From positions 223,453-287,452 of the forward strand of contig CAWDYB010000010.1 in assembly GCA_963806425.1 (NCBI GenBank): a stretch of 64,000 bases of DNA. The letters are read 5' to 3'. The notes below the pieces were generated by a model, which ran no database searches, was not told where the DNA came from, and saw only the letters and a program-made list of their open reading frames with translations. This document shows positions 39,489-50,070 of this stretch, in pieces. Made by a program: the position numbers and the translations under genes. The number at the start of each line of letters is the position of its first letter. Within the stretch, counting starts at the first letter, position 1. Origin of the DNA: an uncultured Bacteroidota bacterium (GTDB taxonomy: Bacteria; Bacteroidota; Bacteroidia; Chitinophagales; Chitinophagaceae).

Positions 39489-39958
39489 TTGCAAACCTTA
39501 TCGGCACAGCAACTGCTGGCAAATGCTTCAGGCTTGGCTTTAAATGCGAAACCCATTCCGAGAATATATCCCATTGCTTCGCGCAAAGCATCATTGCTTT
39601 TGAAGTGCGGGTTGGTATTTATGTCTGCATGCACTTCCATATCTACGTCATACTGAATAAAAAGGTTGCACAATTCGTACGCTACTTCAATGCTCTTGGC
39701 AACCTCTACCAACATCCTTTCTTTAATGTTGTATTTCTGGCGTGTTTTCTCATTATGTATGTACATAAAGCCACCATTGTGTTCCCGCAGAAAAACAATA
39801 ACCGTTGCAAACTCAGTTTCATTGCTTTTTACCTGGCTGTCGGTGCCTATGCACACTTTAAGGTGAACACCTTTTTCAAATTCATTTTTTATGGCTTCTT
39901 CAACTGCGTTTTTTATGGGCAGGTGAATGGTTTCTCCATTAAATTTTCTCCACCGCAT
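39485..39958 (-). CDS. YkuK-like (DUF458) RNase H-fold protein
   Basis: Contains CIGTDSQ...FATVIVF...VHADIN, a pattern typical of the YkuK family. The start is taken as MRWRKF at 39958, but 39988 is also possible. Confidence 0.55.
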   Translation of the reverse strand: MRWRKFNGETIHLPIKNAVEEAIKNEFEKGVHLKVCIGTDSQVKSNETEFATVIVFLREHNGGFMYIHNEKTRQKYNIKERMLVEVAKSIEVAYELCNLFIQYDVDMEVHADINTNPHFKSNDALREAMGYILGMGFAFKAKPEAFASSCCADKVCN

Positions 39959-40131
39959 AAATAAAATTGTTTCACTCAAATTACGCATATAACCACATAA
40001 AAGATTACTTTTTATGTATTTTGATTTATACCAAATGTGAATAAGGGTTTCATAAGGCAGCCAACATAAGCATCGTTCTATTAAAAACAGTTTCCTGCAA
40101 TAACTTATTTTTGATAAATTATTAAGACACA

Positions 40132-40578
40132 ATGAGTATAATATTAACCAGGCCCATACGTGTACTTGTTGCTAAAGTTGGGTTAGACGGGCATGACAGG
40201 GGTGCAAAAATTATTGCTACCGCACTGCGCGATGCAGGTATGGAGGTGATTTATACAGGTTTGCGGCAAACCCCTGAAATGGTTGTTAATGCAGCGTTAC
40301 AGGAAGATGCTGATGCAATTGGCGTAAGCATTTTAAGTGGTGCGCATATGACGGTTTTTACAAGACTGCTGCAACTGATGAAGGAAAAAGAAATGGATGA
40401 TGTGCTGCTAACCGGTGGCGGAATAATTCCCGCAGAGGATATGGAACAGCTACAAAAAATGGGTGCCGGCAAATTGTTTGCGCCCGGAACACCCACTACT
40501 GAAATTGCTGATTATATTAAAAACGAGGTAAAGAAAAAGAAGAGCTTTCTGATTATCCTACCCGTTCATACTTGCTAA
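40132..40578 (+). CDS. stand-alone cobalamin-binding domain protein (methylmalonyl-CoA mutase small-subunit type)
   Basis: 148 aa with [17 protein letters not shown] (DxHxxG) and a GVSILSG Rossmann-like B12-binding fold. There is no catalytic mutase subunit in the window. Confidence 0.8.
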   Translation: MSIILTRPIRVLVAKVGLDGHDRGAKIIATALRDAGMEVIYTGLRQTPEMVVNAALQEDADAIGVSILSGAHMTVFTRLLQLMKEKEMDDVLLTGGGIIPAEDMEQLQKMGAGKLFAPGTPTTEIADYIKNEVKKKKSFLIILPVHTC

Positions 40579-42244
40579 AAATTCTTCGTTGCTCTTGGTA
40601 CCTCTCATTCTTTTCAGAAGTTCACTCATTGCTTCTTCTGTTTTCATATCATTAATGTAAACACGAAGTATATTCATTCTGCCTAATACTTCTTTATCAA
40701 GTAACAGGTCATCACGACGGGTAGATGAAGCCACAAGATCAATTGCAGGGTAAACACGTTTGTTTGCCAGCCTTCTGTCGAGCAACAAGCTCCATGTTAC
40801 CGGTACCTTTAAATTCTTCAAAGATTACCTCATCCATTTTACTGCCTGTATCAATTAAGGGCTGTTGCAAGAATGGTTAGTGAACCACCGTTTTCAATTT
40901 TACGGGCAGCACCAAAAAATTGTTTTGGTTTTTGCATGGCATTTGCTTCAACACCACCCTGATAATACTTTACCGACTTGCAGGTGCAACAGTATTATGC
41001 GCACGTGCCAAACGGGTAATAGAATCTAAGAAGGATTACCACATCATGGCCACATTCTACCAGGCGTTTTGCTTTTTGTAAAGCAATGGTTGACAATTTT
41101 TACGTGTTTTTCTGCAGGTTCATCAAAAGTTGATGCAATAACTTCTGCTCTTACACTGCGTTCCATATCTGTAACCTCTTCCGGACGTTCATCAATCAAT
41201 ACAATCATCAGGTAACATTCCGGATGATTTGCAGCAATTGCATTGGCAACTTCTTTCAGCAACATTGTTTTACCTGTTTTTGGCTGCGCAACAATTAAAC
41301 CACGCTGTCCTTTACCAATTGGTGTAAAAAGATCCATGATACGTGTGCTGTAATTAGTTGGAGCGGTAAATAAATTCAATTTTTCGTAAGGGAAAAGTGG
41401 TGTAAGATAATCGAAATGGAACACGGTCGCGTAACTTCTTCGGGACTTTTGCCATTGATGGTTTCAACCTTTAATAAGGCAAAATATTTTTCGCCTTCTT
41501 TTGGTGGGCGAACGGTACCATTAACGGTATCACCGGTTTTTAAACCAAATAATTTTATTTGTGATGGAGAAACGTAAATATCATCCGGAGAAGAAAGGTA
41601 GTTGTAATCTGATGATCGTAAAAAACCATAACCATCAGGCATCATTTCTAAAACGCCTTCCGCCAGTAATAACTCCATCAAATTCTATGTTGAAATTTTG
41701 GTCGCGGCGATTGGGGTATTTTTGTGCAGGTTCTTTGGGGCCGTGAACGCACTTCCGTTTCTTCTTCCACTTCATCTTCATCATCCTCCTCCTCGTCATC
41801 GTCAAATGCAGTTGCATTTTCATCCGGAAAGATTACGGGCTCATCGTTGGCTAACAGGCTTAATAATGCTGCGCCTGGTTCGGCAACGGTATTATCTTTT
41901 TCTGTTTCGGTTTTTTCTTCTTTTGTTTTGCTTTTACGTACAGGCCTCTTAGACTTTATTTCATCTTTTACGCCTTTATCGTCTTCATCCTCTTCAACAG
42001 TTTCGGTAGCAACCTCCGCGGTTGTTTCTTTATTGGCTGATGAAGCAGATTTTACGGTTCTTTTTCTTCTTGGTTTTTCAATGCCATTGGCATTTCCTTC
42101 TTTGTTTTCCACAGTTTGTTTATCGAGAATTTTGTAAATAAGTTCTTGTTTGTCTGATTTTTTTGCCCCGGTTATGTGAAGTTGTTCAGCTATATCGAGC
42201 AATTCAGGAACCAGCATGTCGTTCAATTGCAGTATGTCGTACAT
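40558..42244 (-). pseudogene. rho: transcription termination factor Rho, broken by roughly ten or more single-base indels
   Basis: Fragments in all three frames reassemble into Rho. They cover the N-terminal helix MYDILQLNDMLVPELLDIAEQL, a long charged insertion, [15 protein letters not shown], Walker [60 protein letters not shown] and [14 protein letters not shown]. Confidence 0.9.
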
Positions 42245-42588
42245 AAAAATTGCGCTAGAATGATTGAGTTTTGGAAGAATTCACCACTGAATTCCCAGGT
42301 ATGTATTTTTATTATTTGAAATTTGTGAGAAAACAGGCGAGTTGTAATAGTGCTATTGGGCTAGATGCTTGTTTCCGTGGCAATATTACACCAAATAACA
42401 TTTAAAACAAATATTTTATCAACCCTTACCACAATTTTAGTAATGGAATGTTAATGCCTGCTTTAGCGGTTAATGTGATAGTACAAATGGTGTTCCATTC
42501 TTTAAGGCATGTAAGTATATAAGTATTCACCACTCCTGTCTGTGCAGCATAATCGTTTATATTTGCCACCCTTTCAATAAAATTCACC

Positions 42589-44034
42589 ATGTACAATAAC
42601 CGGGTTAAAATTAAGGAACTTATAAACGGTGTTGAAAACCGCGAAAATATTGTGGTGATGGGTTGGGTGCGTACATTTCGTAACAACCAGTTTATTAGCC
42701 CTGAATGATGGAAGTACCAATAATAACCTGCAGGTAGTGGCGACGCTGGGCTTACTTGATGAAGCAACAGTTAAAACGCATTACTACCGGTGCATCATTA
42801 AAAGTAACCGGCGAACTAATTGCCTCTCTAGGAAAGGGTCAAAAAGTAGAATTAAAAGCAACAACTATAGAAGTACTGGGCGACAGCGATGCTGAAAAAT
42901 ATCCGCTACAACCCAAAAAGCACAGCCTTGAATTTTTGCGTGAAATAGCCCATCTGCGTTTTCGTACAAATACCTTTGGTTCGGTATTTCGTGTACGGCA
43001 TTCACTTGCTTTTGCGGTTCACAAGTTTTTTAACGATAAGGGATTTATTTACCTGCATACACCAATCATTACTGCCAGCTGATGCGGAAGGTGCAGGTGA
43101 AATGTTTCGGGTTACTACCTTGCCGTTTGATAACACTCCACGAAATGAAGATGGCTCAATAAATTTCAAAGAAGATTTTTTTGGCAAAGCCACCAACCTT
43201 ACCGTTAGCGGCCAGCTAGAAGGTGAACTGGGTGCTATGGCTTTTGGTGAGATATATACGTTTGGTCCAACATTCCGCGCAGAAAATTCACAACACAACC
43301 ACGGCACCTTGCAGAGTTCTGGATGATAGAACCGGAAATGGCTTTTCATGACATGGAAGACAATATGAACCTGGCAGAAGAATTTATCAATTATCTTATT
43401 CAATATGCGATGGATCAATAACGCGGAGGACCTTGAATTTTTGGCACAGCGGCTTGCAGGAAGAAGAAAAACAACTACCGCAGGATAAACGCAGCGAACT
43501 GGGACTGATAGAAAAACTGCAATTTGTTATCACACAATAATTTTGAAAGAATTACTTATACAGAAGCCATCAAATATTTTACTGGAAAGTCCCGCCTACA
43601 AGAAAGAAGAAATTTCAATATGAAGTAAAATGGGGCATAGATCTGCAAAGTGAACATGAGCGCTACCTGGTAGAAAAACATTTTAAAAAACCTGTAATTG
43701 TAACCGGTTACCCGGCAGCCATAAAAGCATTTTACATGCGCATGAACGAAGATGGTAAAACTGTGGCAGCTATGGATATTCTGGCTCCCGGTATTGGAGA
43801 AATAGTAGGAGGTTCTCAGCGTGAAGAACGATGGAAAACTTATTAGAGCGTATGGAAGAAATGCATATTCCGGCTGAAGAAATGAACTGGTACCTAGATA
43901 CCCGGCGTTTTGGTACAGTACCACATGCCGGCTTTGGATTAGGTTTTGAAAGAATGGTGCAGTTTGTAACCGGTATGACGAATATTAGAGATGTAATACC
44001 ATTTGCGCGCACTCCAAAAAATTGCGAGTTTTAA
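42589..44034 (+). pseudogene. asnS: asparagine--tRNA ligase, broken by many single-base indels
   Basis: Fragments reassemble from MYNNRVKIKELING...GWVRTFRNNQFI through [50 protein letters not shown] and [10 protein letters not shown] to [29 protein letters not shown]. Confidence 0.9.
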
Positions 44035-44131
44035 TTACAAAATATGTATAAGAGTTGTGTCATTTAAACGAAGAGTTTATCTTTGCCCGGATTCGGCTGA
44101 AGATCTGCTTCAGATTAAATCAACAAAAGGA

Positions 44132-44204
44132 GGTGCGGTAGCTCAGTCGGTAGAGCAAAGGACTGAAAATCCTTGTGTCGCCGGTTCGATCCCGGCCCAC
44201 ACCA
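44132..44204 (+). tRNA. tRNA-Phe (GAA)
   Basis: A cloverleaf folds by hand: acceptor GGTGCGG/CCACACC with one C5-A68 mismatch, D arm GCTC-AGTCGGTA-GAGC, anticodon arm AAGGA-CTGAAAA-TCCTT, T arm GCCGG-TTCGATC-CCGGC and discriminator A. CCA is not encoded. Confidence 0.9.
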
Positions 44205-44218
44205 CGGTAACTTCAAAT

Positions 44219-44244
44219 AAAGCCTCTCTATTTTGAGAGGCTTT
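44219..44244. terminator. bidirectional terminator between tRNA-Phe and the MFS gene
   Basis: aaagcctctc-tatttt-gagaggcttt hairpin with a 10-bp stem and A/T-rich flanks. Confidence 0.75.
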
Positions 44245-44245
44245 A

Positions 44246-45466
44246 TTATTGCGTTAATATCTTTCCTTTCTTACTTAAATTGAATATTAGAAATCCTAAT
44301 GCGATCATCAGCAAAAACACAGCCGCCAGCAAAAACGTAGTTGATATCTCTACCACTTTCAATAACGGAAAAATTATTACCGGGGATAAAAACTGCCCCA
44401 TAAACCAGAAGGTGGTCAATTTTCCAATTTCCTTCCCGCGGATTTGCGGAGGCGCAATCTTCATAACCCACATGTTAGTATTTGGTATCATCATACCCAT
44501 TCCAAAACCTGCGAGCATCATAGATATCAAAACCAGTATATAAGTACTTGCAAAAGCAATACAAACAAATGCGCCAGACATTAATAAATATCCTGCAAAG
44601 AAAATGGTAAGAAAGTTAAACCTGTTTTTGATTTTAGAATACGAAATGGAAGATATGGCTGAAAAGGCAGTGCTTGTTGCTATGGCTGCACCTATCATGG
44701 CATTTTTTTCTACACCCATTCCTTTTAAAAGAAACGGAACCTGAACAGGAATAAGAAAGAAAATGATCCACATGATCATCGTATTAATAAACAACATCCA
44801 GATGATGGAAGGCGATGCAATTTTTCTTCCCATTTCTCCTTTTGTATGAGCCATTTTTGCCGGCTCTTTTAAAAAAATAATACTTAAGGGCAAAACCAGT
44901 AAAGAAGATAAATAAATTAAAAAGGGATACCGCCATCCAATATCAGCAAGAATTCCTCCCAGCGTAATAAAAATAATTCCTCCCAAAGACATAAAGGCGA
45001 TTTGTAAACCAACAAATTTTTGCCGTTCAATTCCTTCAAAATAATCGGCGATAAGTGTTATTACAATGGTCATGGACATGCCTACAGCCAAGCCTAAAAC
45101 AGCCCTTGAAATCATTATGTAATACAGGTTGTCTAAATAAAATCCGGCCGAACCTGCAATAGCGTATAGCAGCAATGCTATCCATAAAATTTTAAGCCTG
45201 CCATACGTGTCTATCAGCCTTCCTGCTATGGGTGAAAACAGCGCTATCATCAAGGCAGGCAAAGTCAGCACCAGCTTCACTAAAAATTCTGCGTTTTCAA
45301 TTGCTGCATATGTCTTTGCCATTTGTGGTAAGGCAGGTGAAATAGTTATCACAGACATTATGGTAAGACTGCTTACTAATAAAAGGGTAAGTTTAACTTT
45401 CCAGTTATGATCTTGTACATGAACAACATTGCCATGCCCTGTTTCTAAGGTTGAAGGGGATTGCAT
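44246..45466 (-). CDS. MFS transporter
   Basis: 406 aa with 12 predicted TM helices and an MFS loop motif (GRLIDTYGR). Confidence 0.85.
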   Translation of the reverse strand: MQSPSTLETGHGNVVHVQDHNWKVKLTLLLVSSLTIMSVITISPALPQMAKTYAAIENAEFLVKLVLTLPALMIALFSPIAGRLIDTYGRLKILWIALLLYAIAGSAGFYLDNLYYIMISRAVLGLAVGMSMTIVITLIADYFEGIERQKFVGLQIAFMSLGGIIFITLGGILADIGWRYPFLIYLSSLLVLPLSIIFLKEPAKMAHTKGEMGRKIASPSIIWMLFINTMIMWIIFFLIPVQVPFLLKGMGVEKNAMIGAAIATSTAFSAISSISYSKIKNRFNFLTIFFAGYLLMSGAFVCIAFASTYILVLISMMLAGFGMGMMIPNTNMWVMKIAPPQIRGKEIGKLTTFWFMGQFLSPVIIFPLLKVVEISTTFLLAAVFLLMIALGFLIFNLSKKGKILTQ

Positions 45467-45571
45467 TACACAAGGTTTACTGTAAGATATACAATAAATA
45501 TTTTTTCTAATTCTTTAAGTGTAATATATGGTGCAGCATAATTGCGATAACTTTAAAACCATTGCACGTGT

Positions 45572-47216
45572 ATGAAAAAATTACTCATTGAACGATTTGC
45601 ATTGCATCTGGTTTTTATCTGCATGTTCCCATGCTGTAACCTTACAGCCCAATTAAATAACACTCCCTACAATATTGTAGTCATCATGGCTGATGATCTT
45701 GGATATTCAGACCTTGAATGTTATGGCAGCGAAATAGCCACACCAAATATTAATGCATTGGCCGCTAATGGTTTTTTATTTACCGGTTTTTATACAGCTG
45801 CTACTTGTTCACCATCACGCGCCATGTTGTTATCGGGTACCGATCATCATCTTGCCGGGTTTGGTAATATGGCAGAACAAATTCCATATTTTCCACAACA
45901 GGTCGGTAAACCCGGTTATGAAGGCTATTTAAATAACAGGGTTACCTGCATTGCGCAATTGTTACGCAATGCCGGCTATCATACCTATATGGCCGGTAAG
46001 TGGCACCTCGGTGAAACTGCGGATCAAAGCCCGTATGCCAAAGGTTTTGAAAAGTCTTTTGCATTAATGGGGGCGTATTCAAATCATTTTAATCCTGCTT
46101 TATATGGCGATAAATTTATGGAGGATGATCGTGTAACAACCTATCCCGCAGGGCAATATTCCAGTGAAGTGTATACCAATAAGCTAATTGGTTTTCTTGA
46201 AAAAAATAAGAACGATGGTAAGCCCTTTTTTATGTATGCGGCATACACGGCGCCACATTGGCCTCTGCAGGCGCCGGCAAAACATATTGAAAAATACAAA
46301 GGGCAATTTGCTATTGGTTATGATAGTTTACGGCAAAAACGTTTTCAGGCATTAAAGCATTTGCGTTTTGTAAATGATACGGTACAACTACCCCCGCTGC
46401 CCGCGGTAAAAGGTGATTTGTATGCCGTTTCAGGAAGGCCGTTATTGCCATGGACATCCCTGCCTCCAAATGAAAGAATAATAGAAGAAAGAAAGATGGA
46501 AATATATGCGGGCATGATTGATAATCTTGATGAAAATATCGGCCGACTCATATCTTATTTTAAAGAAATTGATGTGTATGATAATACATTAATTGTGGTG
46601 CTTTCTGATAATGGTGCCGCAGTACTTGAAATGAATGAAACGCCTGAAAATGAGTACCCTTTAAAATATATGGGAACGGAAAATTCTTTTGTTGCTTATG
46701 GTCCGCAATGGGCGCATGCATCTTCAGCCGTAAACAGTTTTTATAAAGGATACAGTGCAGAAGGAGGTATTCATAGCCCGATGATTATAAAACTTCCCGC
46801 ACAGCAGCACCCTGCAATTGTTACATCTTTTTGTACCATAATGGATCTTGCCCCTACCTTTCTTGATGTAGCCGGAATTAAACAGCCTGAAGCAGGTGGT
46901 GGCAATCAATTACTGCCATTCAAAGGCAATTCATTACTTCCTTACCTACAACATAAAACAACTGCAGGTGCATACTGATGACTATGTAGTTGGCTGGGAG
47001 TTATTTGGTAGGTGTGCATTACGTAAAGGAAAATGGAAGATCACTAAAATGGAGAAGCCTTTTGGTACAGGCGCCTTTCGCTTATATAATATAGAAGCCG
47101 ACCCCACAGAATCTCACGATTTAGCATTATTGCACCCATCAAAATATCAGGAGCTGCTAAATGCATGGGATGACTATGTTAAAGAAAATGGCGTGATACT
47201 GATTGAACGTTATTAG
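45572..47216 (+). pseudogene. arylsulfatase (formylglycine-dependent), one frameshift
   Basis: Contains VVIMADDLGYSD and the CSPSR FGly motif (AATCSPSRAMLLSG). ORFs 45572-46978 and 46896-47216 join near 46945-46955 (...LLPYLQ / KQLQVHTDDYVVGWELFG). Confidence 0.88.
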
Positions 47217-48776
47217 CTATTTTTTTGGTGGTGGTGGTGGTAATACAAAAGGTGCGGGTTGTGGGTCTACTGCCTCCAGTTTTTTATTTGCAAGACCGGG
47301 ATGATCTGCCGGTATAAATACACTTCTGAAAGTAATATAGGTCATGGGCATGGGAGGAATAATATCACCATTCGGTTTTCTCACGTCGCCACGGTAGGGG
47401 TTTAAATATTCCCATACAATTTCACCATCTTTTGTCACTTCCATAAACCTTCCGCGTGCACCTTCGTTTATAAAAGTGTTTCCGTTCGGCATTCTGTGCG
47501 CACCGGAAATAAAACTACTCCAGAAAGAAAGCGTGTCTTTTGCTACGTATTTCCAAACAGGTTCTTCAGGCCCGTAAGTTTTGTTTTTTCCTAGAATGTA
47601 ATTTCCCTTATCGTCTATTGGTAAAGCCAATTCATAGATAGATGAATAGGTGGTGCTATCGTTATAATGTACATTATTGTTGAATACTAAAATATGGTTT
47701 TCACCGGGGTATCCTTTATCTATCCACCTTACATCATGCTGACCAAATAATTTTTCGTTGGTTGAATCTCCCCGGTGATAGTTTTCTGGGTTGCCCCAGC
47801 GATATAGAAAATCTCCTCCTTTACCGCGTTTTCCACCCGTATGCCCTGCTGCTTCAGCAGTGGTGGTGCTGTGGTCTATTATAAATATTTCATTAAGATT
47901 TGGTGAGCTAAAAATGATCTGGTCTAAGCCAGGGTTATATTTAATGGAATTAAGGTGATACACCTCCGAACCTATATTTTCAGGATGCTCGTTGCGCCAG
48001 GCTCTTCCCATTTTTTTCAACACCATCATACTGTCTTCAGAAATCATGCGGAGGCACTGTATCACCTACATTAAAATCAAGCAGTTCAGGGTGTTCTGCA
48101 GGGTTGCCATAGTTAGGCTTTTTGATATCGTAGTTCTGAATTAAATGATCCCAAATATGCCACTCCCAAACCACTTTTCCCCAACGTTTGCCAACAGGTT
48201 CAATCTCTACAATTTTATCGGGCAAAAGGCCAGCTTTCGGAATCATATTTGGTTTTCTTCCCGCCGCAGCGACTTCCTCTGCTGTTCTGCCTTCCCATGC
48301 AATGGTTAAAATATTTCCATTTGGCAACACGGTAAAATCATGGTGATTTAGTTCTTTTTCATTGGCATATTCAAAGTCCCACAATATTTTACTATCCCAT
48401 GATATTTTTTGTAAACGGCCACTCTCCCCACCGCCCGCATATTCAGGAAAATCGGGGTCAACCGCATTTACTAAAATAGACCCATCATTTTGCAGGTATG
48501 CATTTAAAATGGGATAATTGCCTTTCCATTCGTGCACCAATTCTCCTTTACGGTTAATTAAGTAAACGGATGCGGAGTTGGTTTTCGCGAATAAGAATAT
48601 ATCCACCAAGCAGCCCATCGGAAGTTGTATAAGTCCCCGCTGAATGCCATGCCCGAACATATTTCTATCAGCTAGATTTTGCCTGTTGCAGCAAGGGTGT
48701 CTTTATTTATGACCTGGCAACGTGCTGTTAAGGATGTAAAAATGATGGAAGCAACAAAAAAAGTTTTTAAGTTCAT
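47217..48776 (-). pseudogene. aryl-sulfate sulfotransferase (ASST-type beta-propeller), at least two frameshifts
   Basis: The signal peptide MNLKTFFVASIIFTSLTA (ATG 48776), ORF 48037-48660 and ORF 47217-48065 join into one ASST-like protein that ends PPPPPKK. Confidence 0.7.
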
Positions 48777-48906
48777 GGCAGGAAAAAGTTAAAGGGTAAT
48801 TGCTTTGTAAGGTACCATTAATTGATAAAGTAACCAATGGGTTTAGCCAATAAATTCACGGTGTTTATTGTATATTTAATTATTCCATTCACCCAAAACT
48901 ATCACC

Positions 48907-49587
48907 ATGTCTATTAAAATTATTGGGGCCGGTTTACCACGTACAGGTACCAATACCTTAAAAGCATCTTTAGAAAAATTAGGTTTCTCCAAAACCTATC
49001 ATATGAAAGAATTGTTGGTTAAACCCGAAAATCTGCATTACTGGACAACGTTGAAAAATACAGGATCAACCAACTGGGACGAACTGTATAATGGTTACCA
49101 GGCTACCGTAGATTTTCCCTGCTACCCGTGGTATAAACAGCACATGGAAAAATACCCTGAAGCAAAAGTAATTTTAACCACACGACCTTTTGAAAAATGG
49201 TATTCAAGTATACATAGCACCATCTGGCAGGCAGGACCGCAAAATTTGCCACAAAAACTGAAAATGATGTCAAAGTTGCTTTTCAACCCAAGATTGCGAA
49301 AAGTTATCGGCTGTGTAAAACTGGCTAAAGAAATGATCTTTAAAAAACACTTCCAGGGAAATTTTGCCGATAAAGATTTTGCCGAAAAGGTTTTTCACGA
49401 ACACCATGAAAATGTAAAAAAGTATGTACCGGCAGATAAATTATTGGTGTACGATGTTAGCGAGGGGTGGGGCCCGTTATGCGCATTTTTAAATGTGCCC
49501 GAACCATCTGAACCATTACCACATTTAAATAAGAAGGAAAATTTTAAAGAAATGCTTGGGCATTTAATGAAAGGTGAAATGGTATAA
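48907..49587 (+). CDS. PAPS-type sulfotransferase family protein
   Basis: 226 aa with a 5'-PSB loop (GAGLPRTGTNTL) and a TTRPFEKWYSS 3'-PB-like region. Confidence 0.75.
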   Translation: MSIKIIGAGLPRTGTNTLKASLEKLGFSKTYHMKELLVKPENLHYWTTLKNTGSTNWDELYNGYQATVDFPCYPWYKQHMEKYPEAKVILTTRPFEKWYSSIHSTIWQAGPQNLPQKLKMMSKLLFNPRLRKVIGCVKLAKEMIFKKHFQGNFADKDFAEKVFHEHHENVKKYVPADKLLVYDVSEGWGPLCAFLNVPEPSEPLPHLNKKENFKEMLGHLMKGEMV

Positions 49588-49653
49588 CAATAATTTTATT
49601 TCTGGGTTGATAAACAAATGTTTCTTTAAAATGTTTATACCTTAAAAAAGGGT

Positions 49654-50070
49654 ATGACTACACTTACGGTTAAAGATGTTTGCGCCAAAATGCGTAAACT
49701 GGATATTTGCATGATGACCTCCACGCAGGCAAATGGTAAACTTGTTTGCAGACCCATGTCTAATAACGGTGAGGTGGAATATGATGGTAACTCTTATTTC
49801 TATTCTTATGAAAGCTCATCAATCACTAAGCATTTAAAAGAAAATAATAATGTAAACCTTGCTTTTCAGGGTAAAGACATGCTGTATATTTCAGTTGAAG
49901 GCAAAGGAAAACTTATTAAAAGCAAGGAAAAAATAAAAGCGCATTGGGATAAGTCGCTGGAAAGGTGGTTCGAGAATGGTCCGGATACAGAAGGCATTAT
50001 ATTGATTCATGTTGCTGCCAAACAAATAAAATACTGGCACAAAGAAGAGCAGGGTGAATTGAATTTATAA
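49654..50070 (+). CDS. pyridoxamine 5'-phosphate oxidase-like / general stress protein 26 family
   Basis: 138 aa with a split-barrel FMN-binding-like pattern (ICMMTS...RPMS...LAFQG...IHVAAKQIKYW). Confidence 0.65.
   Translation: MTTLTVKDVCAKMRKLDICMMTSTQANGKLVCRPMSNNGEVEYDGNSYFYSYESSSITKHLKENNNVNLAFQGKDMLYISVEGKGKLIKSKEKIKAHWDKSLERWFENGPDTEGIILIHVAAKQIKYWHKEEQGELNL

Noticed and set aside
41698-42137. Ser-rich plus-strand ORFs (84 and 137 aa) inside the rho insertion region
   Set aside because: They are antisense to the charged GAA/GAT/AAG-rich Rho insertion and are compositional artefacts.
42426-43924. Minus-strand ORFs 42426-42767, 43002-43418 and 43556-43924
   Set aside because: They are antisense to the asnS upstream region or coding sequence. 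The asnS fragments on the plus strand account for this DNA.
44205-49650. Genomic island integrated at tRNA-Phe
   Set aside because: I could find no integrase, recombinase, transposase or direct repeat of the tRNA 3' end downstream. Only the functional clustering of sulfur-ester enzymes is notable.
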